Assembly (NCBI GenBank): GCA_037379345.1
Contig: CM074514.1
Span: 33,852,001 to 33,916,000 of the forward strand
Direction: 5' to 3'
DNA: 64,000 nucleotides
DNA from: Perna viridis
Taxonomy: Eukaryota
This document shows, piece after piece, positions 37,480 to 49,782 of the stretch. Under the pieces are notes generated by a model. It worked only from the letters and a program-made list of their open reading frames with translations, ran no database searches and was not told the DNA's origin. Positions within the stretch are counted from its first letter, which is position 1, and every line of letters begins with the position of its first letter. Made by a program: the position numbers and the translations under genes.

Positions 37480-38312
37480 CTGTCTTTGACAGACATCCAT
37501 AGACAAATTGGTTTTTTGAAAATAATTTGAGTATAAGTGTAAGGGTCCCTTTAAAATTATATCACAAGGTGCTATACACACAAAAGAAAGGCTTTTGGGT
37601 ATTTTCACTTGGACCATTTAGCAAGTAGGGGCCAAAAAGGGACCAGAAACAAGCACTTTCATGATATCCAGACAATAATATGATTATAAGTGAATGGATT
37701 TCTTTGAAATTGTAACACAAGTTGCCTTACCACAAAAAGAAAGCTGGGACAGATTTCTAGGAGTTGTTTCAGACTTGAACTGTGTAGTAATTAGGGACCT
37801 GAAACAAGACTTTTCATTACACCAGAACAATAACTTGATTTTAATGAATTGATCTTCATTAAATTATACATTAAGGTGCCATACCACAAAGGAAGACTTG
37901 GATTGATTTTTGGGGTTGTAACTGGAAAAAAGGAGGGTCACTTTGATTCTGGTCAAATTCTTATCGTGTGTCAAATATTTAAAATATGAATCAAAGTTCA
38001 GAGCTGCATCAAACTTGAATATTATGTCTCAACTTTTCCCAACTGGGCTCAACCACTGTGATCTTATTAAGCTGTGCCCAACAAAGAGACTATACTTATA
38101 AAAAATTGAGTGATTTTCAGTTTTTGGATTCTTAATCAAAAGCACTTGCAGAAATGTCCATTAAACTTTGATATTTATATTTGACTACATCCATTCTGCT
38201 CAAAATCTTATACAGTGTCAAACATTTAATCACAATCCAAATTCCAATCTGTATTAAACTTGGTTTGCCTGAACTGTTCAGGGTGTATCAAGCTGCACCT
38301 AGCAAATCATTT
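37480..38312 (+). mobile_element. Degenerate repeat element with internal tandem units (third HINE-like family)
   Basis: Three degenerate CAGACAATAA.TTGA...GAAATT.TA.CACAA.GT..CATACCACAAA..AAG.CT units at 37500-37920, and a duplicated ATTCTG.TCAAA.TCTTA...TGTCAAA.ATTTAA tail (37946, 38193) that recurs near 55490. Confidence 0.5.
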
Positions 38313-38343
38313 TTTCAAGGTTATTGCATTTTGTCTTTCCTTT

Positions 38344-39103
38344 TTAGCTCGCCTGGCCGAAGGCCATGTGAGCTTATGCCATCACTTGGTGTCCGTCGTT
38401 GTCGTCATGGACAAATTTTTAAAAATCTTCTCCCCTGAAACTACTGGACTGACATGATTGTTCCTTAGGGTGTTCTACACAAAATGACCATTGGGATTTT
38501 TGATCCATGAAAAAACATGGCCACTGTTACTAAAAATAGAACACAGGGGTCAGATGGCAGTTTTTTGCAATTAACTCAAAAACCATTGCCTTTAGCAAAT
38601 TTTTGGCATAAGGATAATATTGTTCAGCATCATGAGACGGACCTATGCTAAAAGTTTAAAAACGATTGGTCAACTGATGTACCATTCATTGACTAATACA
38701 GGAGTTAAGACATCTGAAGCAGTTTTTGTGTTGTTTTTTTTTCACATGTACAACTTTGAAAATCTTCTTCTTTAAAACCATTTAAGATCATTGAATGAAA
38801 ATGAGCATAATAGTTCTTTAGTGTATTGTGCTGAAAATGACTGTTGTGATTTTTAATTCATGAATAGATATGGCTGCCTATACTAAAAATGGAACTTAGG
38901 GGTCATTAGATTCAAAAAAAAAAAAAAAAATCTAAAATTGTTGCCTTTAGCAAAATTCCGGTTCAGGTCATGAAAATGCTATGAAAAGCATTTCCTGCAT
39001 TTGACAATTTAGTTGATTTTAACTTAGCCTGTCTCATTCCTAAGTTTTTCAAATAAGCAAATGGTTAACCAGGAGAGCGATTCAGGCTCTCTTGAGCCTC
39101 TAG
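38344..39103 (+). mobile_element. Non-autonomous Helentron-type element (HINE) with internal satellite-like repeats
   Basis: 5' TTAGCTCGCCTGGCCGAAGGCCATGTGAGCT, a GTC microsatellite, two AAAATCTTCT...ATGGC...TACTAAAAAT units (38421, 38759), 3' CAGGAGAGCGA sub-terminal IR and AGGCTC-tctt-GAGCCT hairpin, in a T-rich target. Confidence 0.8.
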
Positions 39104-39560
39104 TTTTCATACAAGTTGATATATTGTGTTCCTTTGCATGGTGTCATACATTTAAAAGTTTCACCCTGCAAGGGCATAGCATTAAGATATGTGATTAGGG
39201 ATTGTTTCTTCAAAGAAAAATCATGCACCCTGTAACCATGAAAAATACATAGATCATCATAATTTAGCTTAAACCATACATTATAATTCCCATGGTAATT
39301 TTAATGCATTTGCATGGGTAATAAATATACTCTATGTATTATGTTATGAAACTAAGCAGCAATTAAATATTTCATCTTCATTCTTAAATTAGCTTGATCC
39401 TGTGGAAATTCTGTTTAATAATTCATGTTAAGTTGAATTTTTACATAATTTACTGTCATATAGAATTTTTGGAATTTTTTTTTTTGACGATTGATGATGA
39501 AAGTACTTTTTTGAAAATCTTAAAATGATTGGATAATTTTATTCTTTAAATGTTGTTGTT

Positions 39561-40287
39561 AAGGCCATGTGAGCCATTGCCATCACTTGGTGTCCGTCTT
39601 TGTCGTTGTCGTCGTTAACAATTTTTCAAAACTCTTCTCCTCTGAAACTACTTGACCAATTGGAACTAAACTTGGTATGAATGTTTCTTGGGGTATCCTG
39701 CATAGAAATGTGGTGGGGATTTTTGATCTGTCAAAAAACATGGCCGCACATACTAAAAATAGAACATAGGGTCAGACAGTAGTTTTTCGTATATAACTCC
39801 AAAACCGTTAGGTTTAGCCAAATTCTGACTGGGTAAAAGTGTTCAGCATGATGAGATTTATCTGCAGTCAAAATTTAGCCATGTTGGAGTTATTGCCCTT
39901 TTTTAATTTTTTTTTGCTATTTTTTGTTATTTCTTTCAAAAATCTTCTCCTCTGACACTACAAGACCAATTGGAACCAAACTTGGTATGAATGTTCCTTG
40001 GGGTATCCTGTATAGAACTGATTTGGGGATTTTTGATCTGTCGAAAAACATGGCCGCCATTACTAAAAATAGAACATAGGAAAATGACAGGGTTTTTTTT
40101 CCAGTTTTCAGCCAATGTCTTGAAAACTATGATAGATTTAGACTTTCTTTTCCTGAAATGATCCTTATGATAAGTCTTATCAAAGTTTTCTTGATTCAAA
40201 ATTGTTGGACAACTTCTTGTTTGATTTATTGTCCTTGAAAGGCAAAATTCAGCTAGGTGAGAGATTCAGGCTCCTGGGAGCCTCTTG
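39561..40287 (+). mobile_element. Second HINE of the same family (5' end slightly truncated)
   Basis: AAGGCCATGTGAGC...CATCACTTGGTGTCCGTC, two central units about 310 bp apart (39628, 39938), 3' AGGTGAGAGATTCAGGCTCCTGGGAGCCTCTTG. Confidence 0.8.
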
Positions 40288-41049
40288 TTTTGTTTTGTTT
40301 TTTTTTTATGATGTTCTTACTACACTCTTCATGTTAACATACCCCCAAATAGTTAGAGTGGGGAAACACTCTCAGACCCATGTGGGTCTGGGAGTCGGCT
40401 GTAGCATCAACAGAGCAGCCCAGCAGCTAGTAGGAGTTCTTCAGTCAGATTTCCCAAAAAATCTGGGCTCCACTACCTTTAACTACTAACAGACATCTAC
40501 TAACACAATCCCTGCAAGGGGCGGTCGTACAAGATCTGCAAGGATAGTCAAGACCAGTAAAACTTACAATCAGATGTTCTTATTTTTACCTGTGCCACCA
40601 ATGGAGAAAGCAGGTCTTAATAGCTGCCTGACACTGTCCCTACATCTTATTATTAAAATAATTTGATCACTTTTTTCTTACAGTTTTAGCATGTTGAAAT
40701 TAACCAATTTTTCAGCAGCATATGCCATCTTCAGGTAATTCTGATATGTTGTTATTTAAATTGCTAAGGATTTATATTCATATTGGAGATACTTTCATAT
40801 TGATAAATATATGATGTTGGCATATATCCTGATATCGTCTGAATATAGTTGAAATATTGCTGCTTGGACATTAAACCCCAACAATCAATCATATCCAGAT
40901 ATGTATGGGTTTTGTTTTTTGTTTTTGCACTAGTAAGAATGATATTGAATAAACTGCATTTGTTATAAGCAAAGCCAATAAATAATCTGATTCATCAAAT
41001 CAGAAAGTTAAATAAAAACAAAAATTTACAAGACAATGAGGAACATGAT

Positions 41050-41178
41050 ATACATAATCCAGAGACAATTTCAAGCAGATGAAACACTAAAATATAGGTG
41101 AGTGCACACAGAAACAAAAGATTGAATTAGCAAGCCAAACTCCATTGGACCAATTGCACTGCTAGGGTAAACACTCTG
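41050..41178 (-). mobile_element. Highly degenerate copy of the PLE 3' region
   Basis: TAATCCAGAGAC...GGACCAATTGCACTGCTAGGGTAAAC resembles GGACCAGGTGCACTGGTAGGGTAAG of the other copies. Confidence 0.4.
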
Positions 41179-43066
41179 TTTAAAATACTGTCAGAACTAC
41201 TCTTCTGGTTAGTGATATAATTAAAAGTTTAAAAAGGGCTTCAGACAATGGTCAAATACATATTAAAATATGCAGAATTTATCAGAATTGACCATTGAAT
41301 GACTTTTAAACATAGAAATTTTCCTGATGTTTTTTTTATCATTGTGCAGTACCCTGAGATTGCTGTATTGTAAGTGAGGAAAAAGTACGAAATTTAAGCT
41401 TTTATTCAATATAAAATGTCTTGAAGGACCAATTATTCTGCCAAGCAAAAGTGATCTCTCAAGACAAGACGTTGACCCTCAAGTCTTCAGAGACATGCAT
41501 CTATCATATATTTGATAGTAACTTTCTTTCATAATAGAATATTGTGTCTTTTATTTTATTGTTTTACAGCCAGTAATATAGATAACTTCAGAGAATAATG
41601 TTGGTCTTGACCATTACCTGATGAAGTGTACAATTATAAAGTAGATTTAAATCTTAAACCAGTTTGATAGATTGTTTAAATGTTTAAATTACTTTGTCCT
41701 TTGTCCTGTTAATTTGCTAAGATATTTCATCAGGTGATTAATGGAGGGCCAACTGTATTTCCTGAAATTAACTATTTAACTTGCTATAATGATTTGGTAG
41801 TTAATAACATTGTACACCTGTTTCAAAACAAAAGTTAGGCTCCTTCGATATACTTTTTAATCAGTCTGCTTCTCACTTCTTTCTTCAATTCACAATTTTA
41901 TTGGTTGGCTTGATACTTGCGAAAGTGACCAATATATATTTGCTTGCTGGAGGTTACAGAAAAAGGTACAGATAAGGTTAAATTACATACACTATAGAAT
42001 ACAATGGATCTATAAAGTATCCCATGGCTGTAATCTGAATCAACAAACATAACTGGATGACACCAAAGGGGATTAATAAAGATGAATGGAAGGGAGAAAT
42101 TAAAAGACAATGCTCCAATCTATCAGGATTTTGTCATGAAGTGACGGGACAAATTGTCTATGGAGATTATTATATTGTATTAACCTTGGTTTGGACATGA
42201 ATTGAAGAACTACATCAATTATGTCCCTTGGAATTTATCAGGAGGCAATCAATGATGTTTGTTTCTTGGATTCTGGTCTGTCTTTTTTTTTTCGATTTCT
42301 CATTTGAAAAAGTTAAATGAAAAAAAGAATTAATGGTGTCTCAATGGTGTTCTATAATTAAGATATATCTTCCTTGATAGTGAATAAAATCTTCTTAGGT
42401 CCATCTTTTTACCGGGGAATTGTCAAAAATAATTAGGTGTCTGCTCCTGGTAACTTGAAATGATGGCTGTCGTTTGACACAGCATTCCAATTAATTGTGA
42501 AAAATTTAAAGTGGAATGGCAAGCGACGTTTTGTCTACTTTCATTTCTTAAGGGAACATTTTATTGTCCTGAGATATTGGAAAGATTGTCTCCAAAATAA
42601 TGAAGCTAGATGGTGTTGTGATGCCTTTCAATACAACTTGTCTGATATACCTAAGAATTTTGTCTCAGAATCATATTATATAACAGTTCCCTGTGGATTT
42701 GATCAGCCTTTTTTCTTCATTAAACCATTACAAGAAATGACCACAGTTTAACACCGTTGTCATGTAATTTTGTTTCACAGTACCATCGACAGGATATCTC
42801 TTTTGCCATCATCACTAAGAAATTTCCTGAACTTATAGTTAAAATTAATTTGGGTCTTGAAAGCTAAATATTTAAAGAGCATTAATAGCACACAGGGACT
42901 AAAACAGTAACACATGTATATTCTATAGGAAATGAATAGTTTCATAATATTCTTTAAAATTTAAATAAAAACTGAACCAATTTCAGACTGAAGATTTTGT
43001 TTAGTTTTGGTAGGTATTCAGAGTATACAGGTTCAGAATGCATTGGAATTGATGGAATGGGACTTG

Positions 43067-43475
43067 AAAGAGTAATCAAGGGAACCAAGATTCTAGCAGA
43101 AATCAAAAGAATGTAATCCAGGGACCAGATATGGAAAACAGACAAACACAACAAAGAAAATAAAGTAACTAAACTAATACATACAAAGTAACAAAAGTAA
43201 ATGAGCATCTCAGACTCAACTAAAAACTGAGAGCATGGGCCATGTGCACTGGTAGGGTAAGCATCCTCTGCTTTTCTAGAAACACCCGCCGAGTTGCTCA
43301 TAAAAAGTCAAAGTCCTTGGTAGACGAAAGAGGAAAGGAAAGCTATGACATGTTGAACACATCAGTTTTCATGGTGCAGATGTATACACCGTAATTATCC
43401 ACAAGTCCATGATGATGACCATAAAACTTCTGTAGTGACGAGTTCAATTGTGTAGCAACATAACCCTGTTTTTAG
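43067..43475 (-). mobile_element. 5'-truncated Penelope-like retroelement (Naiad-type) 3' end, including RT C-terminus
   Basis: 43343-43471 (-) translates to KQGYVATQLNSSLQKFYGHHHGLVDNYGVYICTMKTDVFNMS*, matching the KSSLxKFYGRHHxLVDRYG terminus of mollusc PLE reverse transcriptases as I recall it. It is followed by the 3' region GAGCAACTCGGCGGGTG...GCTTACCCTACC...GATTACTCTTT. Confidence 0.75.
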
Positions 43476-45778
43476 AGAAAAAGATTTTCAAGTTGCACCT
43501 GCAAAAAATGCCCCAAAAAAAACTGTTTCTGGGGCCATAACTCCTACATCAGCTAACAGTGAATTTGTTTGGAATAGACAGGTGTTTGGTTTACAAAGGC
43601 TTAGATTGATGTTTTTTAAGGGACAGCTTTTTGGATTATTCTTGTTTGGATTTGACAGATTTCACTGATTATGGAAATTTCCTGTATTTTACTCCAATGT
43701 CTTATGTGAGGTTTGGCAGAGTGTTCCAAATATAAAGTCTAAGTGTTGTGGTAATCAGATTAGCATATGTGGACAAAGGTCAGGTGTTTATTTCTTTGAC
43801 AAATGTCTGTCTTTTCAGAATATGCAAATATGCCAAATTAGCCAAACTATATTTCTAACAAAATTAAGCAAATATCCTAATGTACCACGATGTAGTCATG
43901 TGCCTTTTTTGTAGCAAAGCCATTAGCCACAATAGAAATGAGTCTTTTTAAGCACTAATCCCTGGAAAAAATCTCCTTTTTTTTTCATGGTATGTAAATG
44001 AATTCAATCAAATTCCCATCCGTATGTCCAGTTTTTAATTGCCATTGGCTGATGACCACTACCGTTGGTCAATACTTTCATTTTCTATAGAATTATTTTT
44101 TATCACACAATTTCCTCTCGGATCAGTAGACATTTAGAATAGATATGAACATTTACGAGCTGTAGACAGAAAAAGTTAATGCTATTTGGTAGCTCATTTG
44201 GCTCATTTTATTTTAGATTTATGGAGATCCAAGTTCCATTTACAGCCAAACTCATGAATAATAAGAAAAGTAGACGGATAATGGATGAGAATTCATATTG
44301 AGTTTTCCTGTATGATAATAAGGACTTTTATTAATTGCTCCATTTCCAATTATTGGAAAATCTTTGCTAATTTTTGCTATTCTAACCTAATCCTTGTCTT
44401 CTCTCATGAACATCAGTGGTCCCATAAATGCTTTCCATAAATCACTGTAAAGAATCTTGTCACATACTGTTGGCAGTTTCAGTGCGACATTGCAGTCCTG
44501 TAGTTAGAAGACTATTTTTTATGGGGCTTGGAGAGAGTTTTCCCTAACTTTTGATAATTGACCAGATCTTAGCTCAATTCTAACAGTTTTTCACGAGTTA
44601 TGGTAGGGCTGGTTTGTAACCCTTCCATCCATTAATTATGGGCATGAATAGTAAAGGTCCAGCTTTAAGAATTTGAATACATAGATAAAGTAATAAAGAC
44701 AACAACACTCAAGCTATCTCAGGTTGTGATATTTTTTAATGTTTTTGGAATTAGGAATTTGGACCAACTGATTTTCATATTAAAAGTTTGCAGATTATGG
44801 GAATTTTTTTCAATAAGATGATGGAAAATTGAGCTATTGACATTCTTACTAAAAGTACATGTATCAATGAGTGCTTCCAAGAATGGTGAATTTCTCAATT
44901 TCAACTTGACACAGTTTGACTGGGTGGACCTTAAAAAGACTTATACTATTCCTTAACTCCCCCTTTTTTAAAGAAGCATATTTATGTGAAATTTTGATTA
45001 TTTTTACAATCTTTTTTTTTTTTAATATCTATAAAGTACCTAACCCCCACCCCTGTAATTCTGAATTTTTGGATCCCCCACTCAAACTGTATCCCATTCC
45101 AATCACTACTAACTTCTGACCAAAACCGATTCCAAAAGACAATACAACATTTCTCTGTTTGACATCAATATAACCTAATCTAATGTGAAAATTACATTTG
45201 GTCTTAATGAAGAACACTATTATTTTCCCTCTCATCCAATCTTGTATATTGTCCCCCTTGTTCAAGATCTGATTGCTTGTGTCAATAAAACTTCTTTCTT
45301 ATCTTGCAGCTTAATGTAAGATATTGCTGCTTGAAAAAAACTTGGTCATGTTTTCATTTCCATGGATTGATGGAGAAATATTCTGATAAGGCAGACCATA
45401 ATACTAAAACTGGAATTAAAATAATCAGGAGACGTTAGATAAGGGGGGGTTCATGATGGTGTGATAGCCATATTATATTGGTACTTTTTTTTTTCTAGAG
45501 TAAATTTTTATGTTGTTTAGCTTTTTTAGTTCAGTGTTCAGAAATTAACATAGAAATTTATTTTAGGCTGTAATGTTTTTTATCGTAACTCCTTAACCTT
45601 TCACATTTGAACAAAAGGAAAGCTTTGTAGGTACATGTGCTAAATGGAAGAATGTCTGGATTTTTTTACGTACAGATTCATAAATTAATACTAGACTGGT
45701 AAAATTTTTCACGAAATTTTTTTCCATTTGGTCCAAAATTATCATTCTAGATGGGCAGTGATGTTTAGCTACTTATTA

Positions 45779-46049
45779 AAACAAGGTATTATTTGAACTT
45801 GAATTATTTTGGATTTAACAAAATAAGTGGAAAAATATTTATATAACTTACCCCTACTAAGGGGGGTTAGTCATGCCATCATGACTATGGGGGGTTAGCA
45901 GGTTTCCTTGACATTTGTTATCCTACTAACCCCACCCGTTAGCCATGCCGGCATGATTAACCCCCTTAGTAAAAACTAGTTTTACTCAATTATTTTTTGG
46001 TCATTTTATTTATTCCAAAATAATTCCAGATTCAAACAATACCTTGTTT
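45779..46049. mobile_element. Foldback MITE (~270 bp, almost entirely inverted repeat)
   Basis: AACAAGGTATTATTTGAA..GAATTATTTTGGA pairs with TCCAAAATAATTC..TTCAAACAATACCTTGTT. Inner TACTAAGGGGGGTTAGTCATGCC pairs with GGCATGATTAACCCCCTTAGTA. Confidence 0.75.
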
Positions 46050-46196
46050 AAAATTCTTTAGTGTCACCTACGGAAAAAAAAACAATGAATCACTAATTTC
46101 TGAGCAACAAAATATGAAAAATTTCTTTTTTTCTGCAACTTAGATTATTTTTTCAGTGGAACCCAATTTACTGAGTACCGGTAATGCCAGTTGCAA

Positions 46197-46580
46197 TATC
46201 CTCCACTTGCAAAGCAGGGGGTATATAGTGATAGGGGTGTCTGTCCATCCATCTGTGCTTCCTTCCTTCCGTCTGTACTTCCTTCCTATATGCAGAGGGG
46301 TACCCATCTCTTATCCATTACTCCTGCTTCATAGATTCTTAATTACATGTTCCTATTGTGCATCTATTTTAGATTTTGATCTGAATCAAGTTAGGGTTTC
46401 ACATAGCAAAACATGGACAGTGGTCAGTTATGAATATGGGGACATAGGGGACCCATCTCTTATTGGTTACTCCTCCTAAGCTTCTGAATGGAATTGAATA
46501 GCGGTCAAAAGGTTCATGTTATCAGACAGGGCAGTGGGAGTTACTAAGTTAGTGAGAAATGCTCACAGTTTTTCTTGTTT
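46197..46580 (+). mobile_element. HINE/pearl-like element
   Basis: TATCCTCCACTTGCAAAGCAGGGGGTATA, (CCAT/CCTT)n, a duplicated ACCCATCTCTTAT..TTACTCCT core, and a 3' GTGAG-aaatg-CTCAC hairpin followed by a T-rich end. Confidence 0.6.
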
Positions 46581-47559
46581 AACAAAGTTACGTGTTTAGA
46601 AATGGAACCATAATGTAAAATTCTATTTTTATTGCTCTTCTAGTTTCTATTGTTCACTATTCTTTCACATGGTAAGTTAAAAAGTATGATTTAAACAAAA
46701 TTAACACCAGGGTTTTAATTAAATATAAGTTTATTAGACATATTTTTTGTAATACCAATTAAATTGCCATTAGGGATTGAAAAAAAGTGTCTAATTTGAC
46801 ACAGGATTGGTGTCCTGGCCTACTGTACTGGGAATAATTCATCAAAACCAGTCAGGTTTCAGCAAGTGTCAGTACCTATGTAGGCAAAATTAATTAGGAA
46901 ACAATGACTCTTTTGTAAAACACCATTGAGATTTATTGACTCTGAAATGTTTAATTATAGCATACTCATACCCTTTATCAACTCCCATATAACATTGTGC
47001 CATGCACCTATGTTTGATTAAACAACAGTCTATTTTCTTTTGCTTGATAAATTTCAAAGATTTCCCATTTAAACACCTAATTGATGGCATAAGGAAAATG
47101 AAGATTTATGAACTTACCAGGAGTTGTTTGGAACTGTTAATTGTAAAGTGAAGTGTTCAATGCACTGTTGTTCAACATCTAACATTAAATCATGAGATTT
47201 GTGACCTTTAGTACTGAGTTTATATTTAAGGGTTGTGAAATCGTTGTACTAGGATTTTGAACATTTTTGATTTTCGAAATGATAATGGGACACTTATATT
47301 GTTTCTAGACATTTGACAGTCCTTATATATTGGGCACCACACATTTTTTTTAGGGTGGGAGTCATGGAGTGGAATTTATTTTTCTGTCTTATTTGTTAAC
47401 AAAGGTGTTGTTAAATTTATTTATGGGACAAAAATTAATAAATTCAAACAATCAAATTTCTTACTGATATTTATACCTTTTTTATATTAATTAATTATCA
47501 GTTCCTGTAAGAATCAGGCAGTAGGTGACACATAGTATGCTTGATAGTGTAATTCCATG

Positions 47560-47658
47560 TATGTACTTTTTGTTCTTTGTTGTGAATGTCTGTTTTCCAT
47601 GTCTGGTCTTTGTCCGTATTTTCTACCACTAGTACCTTGGTTCCCTTGATTACTCTTT
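47560..47658 (+). mobile_element. Short fourth copy of the PLE 3' end
   Basis: TGTCTGTTTTCCATGTCTGGTCTTTGTCC...CTTGGTTCCCTTGATTACTCTTT; same terminus as the other copies. Confidence 0.7.
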
Positions 47659-48869
47659 CACTATTTGCACCATCAAAATCGAGGGGAAAAAAATGATATT
47701 TTCCGCATCATGCTTTATCATTGAGTTACAATTTCATTGAAATGCACTGAAAATGAATATTTCGAGGGCAGATAGCATCTGTCAAAAACCTCATTTTTCT
47801 AAGATTCTATTGAAAAATTTCTGACTCCAACTTGTCCATGCCAATACTCCACTGTGTAAAATACATGGTGCCAATTAATATACTGAGAAGCAAATCAATA
47901 CAGTACTGTGTGCTAGGCTGTGCTTGAAGTTGACCTTACCAACTAAATTTTAATTGAAATTGATAATGTTTTTCTAAATGCATTTTTAAATACGAGGTTA
48001 ACGACCACAATATCCTGTTTGTAAACTAGACTAACTGACATAAACAATTTACCTCTGAAATAATGCTTAATTTGATATAACCCTTAACACTAAATCCACT
48101 GAATTCCATTCTTTTAGCTCTGCTTAATTTCCTATCTTCTTCCTTTCGTGATTTGCCATAAAGCATGTTAATTCTAAAACCATACATTTTCCAGATTAAA
48201 CACAAATTAGGCAATTTGAAAAGATGGGAACAATTACTCTAAAAACATCTGGATCTGAATTCTAAGAAAGAATTCTCGTCATTTGTAATTCATTATTTAC
48301 GAAGATTGCTTGCAGGATTTCTGCTCCTGACTAGGTCCCATTATTTCTGCGGCTGATTAATCGTAGCCTGATGTAAGACGGAGAAATTATGTAGGTTTTC
48401 TATTGTATTTTTCTGCTTGTTTTAAAGATGATACGATAATTACTTGTCTTGAAGCATTGTTTTGTTGCAACAGGATTGGTAATTTTTTTGAAGTGCTTCA
48501 CACTATATGCCAAGGTGTTCCTATGTATTAAAAATGTTCTGTTAGTTATCTATTTCAGCTTGAAGCAACTTCTCTTTTAAAAGTATGTTCTGTAAATTGA
48601 GCAGCAAATACTTTAAAGATATAAGAATGGAAAGTTTTAATACAAATATATTTTCTTTTATTGTTAGTATCTCTTCTGAATGTATAGACTTGATTGGTTT
48701 AAAAATGCTTCTGATGGCCTTCTTCTTTCCAACAAAGATGGCCTGTGCTATCCATGTCAGCCCACTCCATAACAAATGTTATTGGCTCATACCTTAACTA
48801 AGCCACTCAACAGAATCATTTGATTTAAAATCAACAGTACATATCATACCCATTCATTAATAATCAAAT

Positions 48870-49625
48870 GTATGGTGATTTGGCTAATAAATAGGTCCAT
48901 GTTTGGTGATTTGGCTAATTTATTGGTCCATGTATGGTGATTTTTCTGATTTGTTGATCTGTGTTTGGTGATTTTGCTAATATGTGGGCTTTTGTGTAAT
49001 AGCAATTTGGCTGAAATGTGGGTCCATGTATAGTGATTTTGGCAATATGTTGGTTTATCTATGGTGATTTGCCTAATTTGTAGATGTTGATATGGTGATT
49101 TGCCTAATATATAGATTCAGGTATGTTTTTTTGGCTAATATGTAGATTCAGGTGAGGTGACTTGGCTAATATGTCGATCCAGGTAAGGTGACTTGGCTAA
49201 TATGTAGATTCAGGTATGTTGACATGGCTAATATGTAGAATTAGGTATGTTGACTTGGCTAATATGTACATTCAGGTATGCTGACTTGGATAATAAGTAG
49301 ATTCAGGTATGGTGACATGGCTAATATGTAGATTCAGGTAAGGTGACTTGGGTAATATGTAGGTTCAGGTATGTTGACTTGGCTAATTTGTCGATTCAGG
49401 TATATTGATTGACTAATATGTCGATTCAGGTAAGGTGACTTGGCTAATATGTCGATTCAGGTATGGTGACTTGGCTAATATGTCGATTCAGGTATGGTTA
49501 CTTGGCTAATATGTCGATTCAGGTATGGTTACTTGGCTAATATGTTGATTCAGTCAGGTATGGTGACTTGATTAATATGTCGATTCAGGTAAGGTGACTT
49601 GGGTAAGATATGGTGATTTGGCTGC
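48870..49625 (+). repeat. 31-bp minisatellite (~24 units), consensus TTGGCTAATATGTCGATTCAGGTATGGTGAC
   Basis: Direct periodicity (e.g. TGGCTAATA at 49441 and 49472); degenerate on the left, homogeneous on the right. Confidence 0.92.
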
Positions 49626-49782
49626 TTTCTTGTTGAGTTATGTTGGTTTTACAGTAATTAGTCTATGAGGATCATTAATGGGTCATTAGTTTACGGCAAT
49701 TTTATTTGTTAAATTCACAAGAGGGATAGGACACATGTTTTACCAACTTATCAAGTCTTCTTCCATTGATCTTCTACATGCT

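Noticed and set aside
42954-43301. Similar hydrophobic ORFs at 42954-43301, 62018-62302 and 59463-59660 suggesting a small membrane-protein family
   Set aside because: They are translations of the T-rich 3' non-coding region of the repeated PLE, downstream of the RT stop codon.
46810-46835. miR-193-like seed (CTGGCCTAC), checked because miR-193a/365b lie near human UTP6
   Set aside because: The match does not extend beyond the seed and no precursor hairpin is evident.
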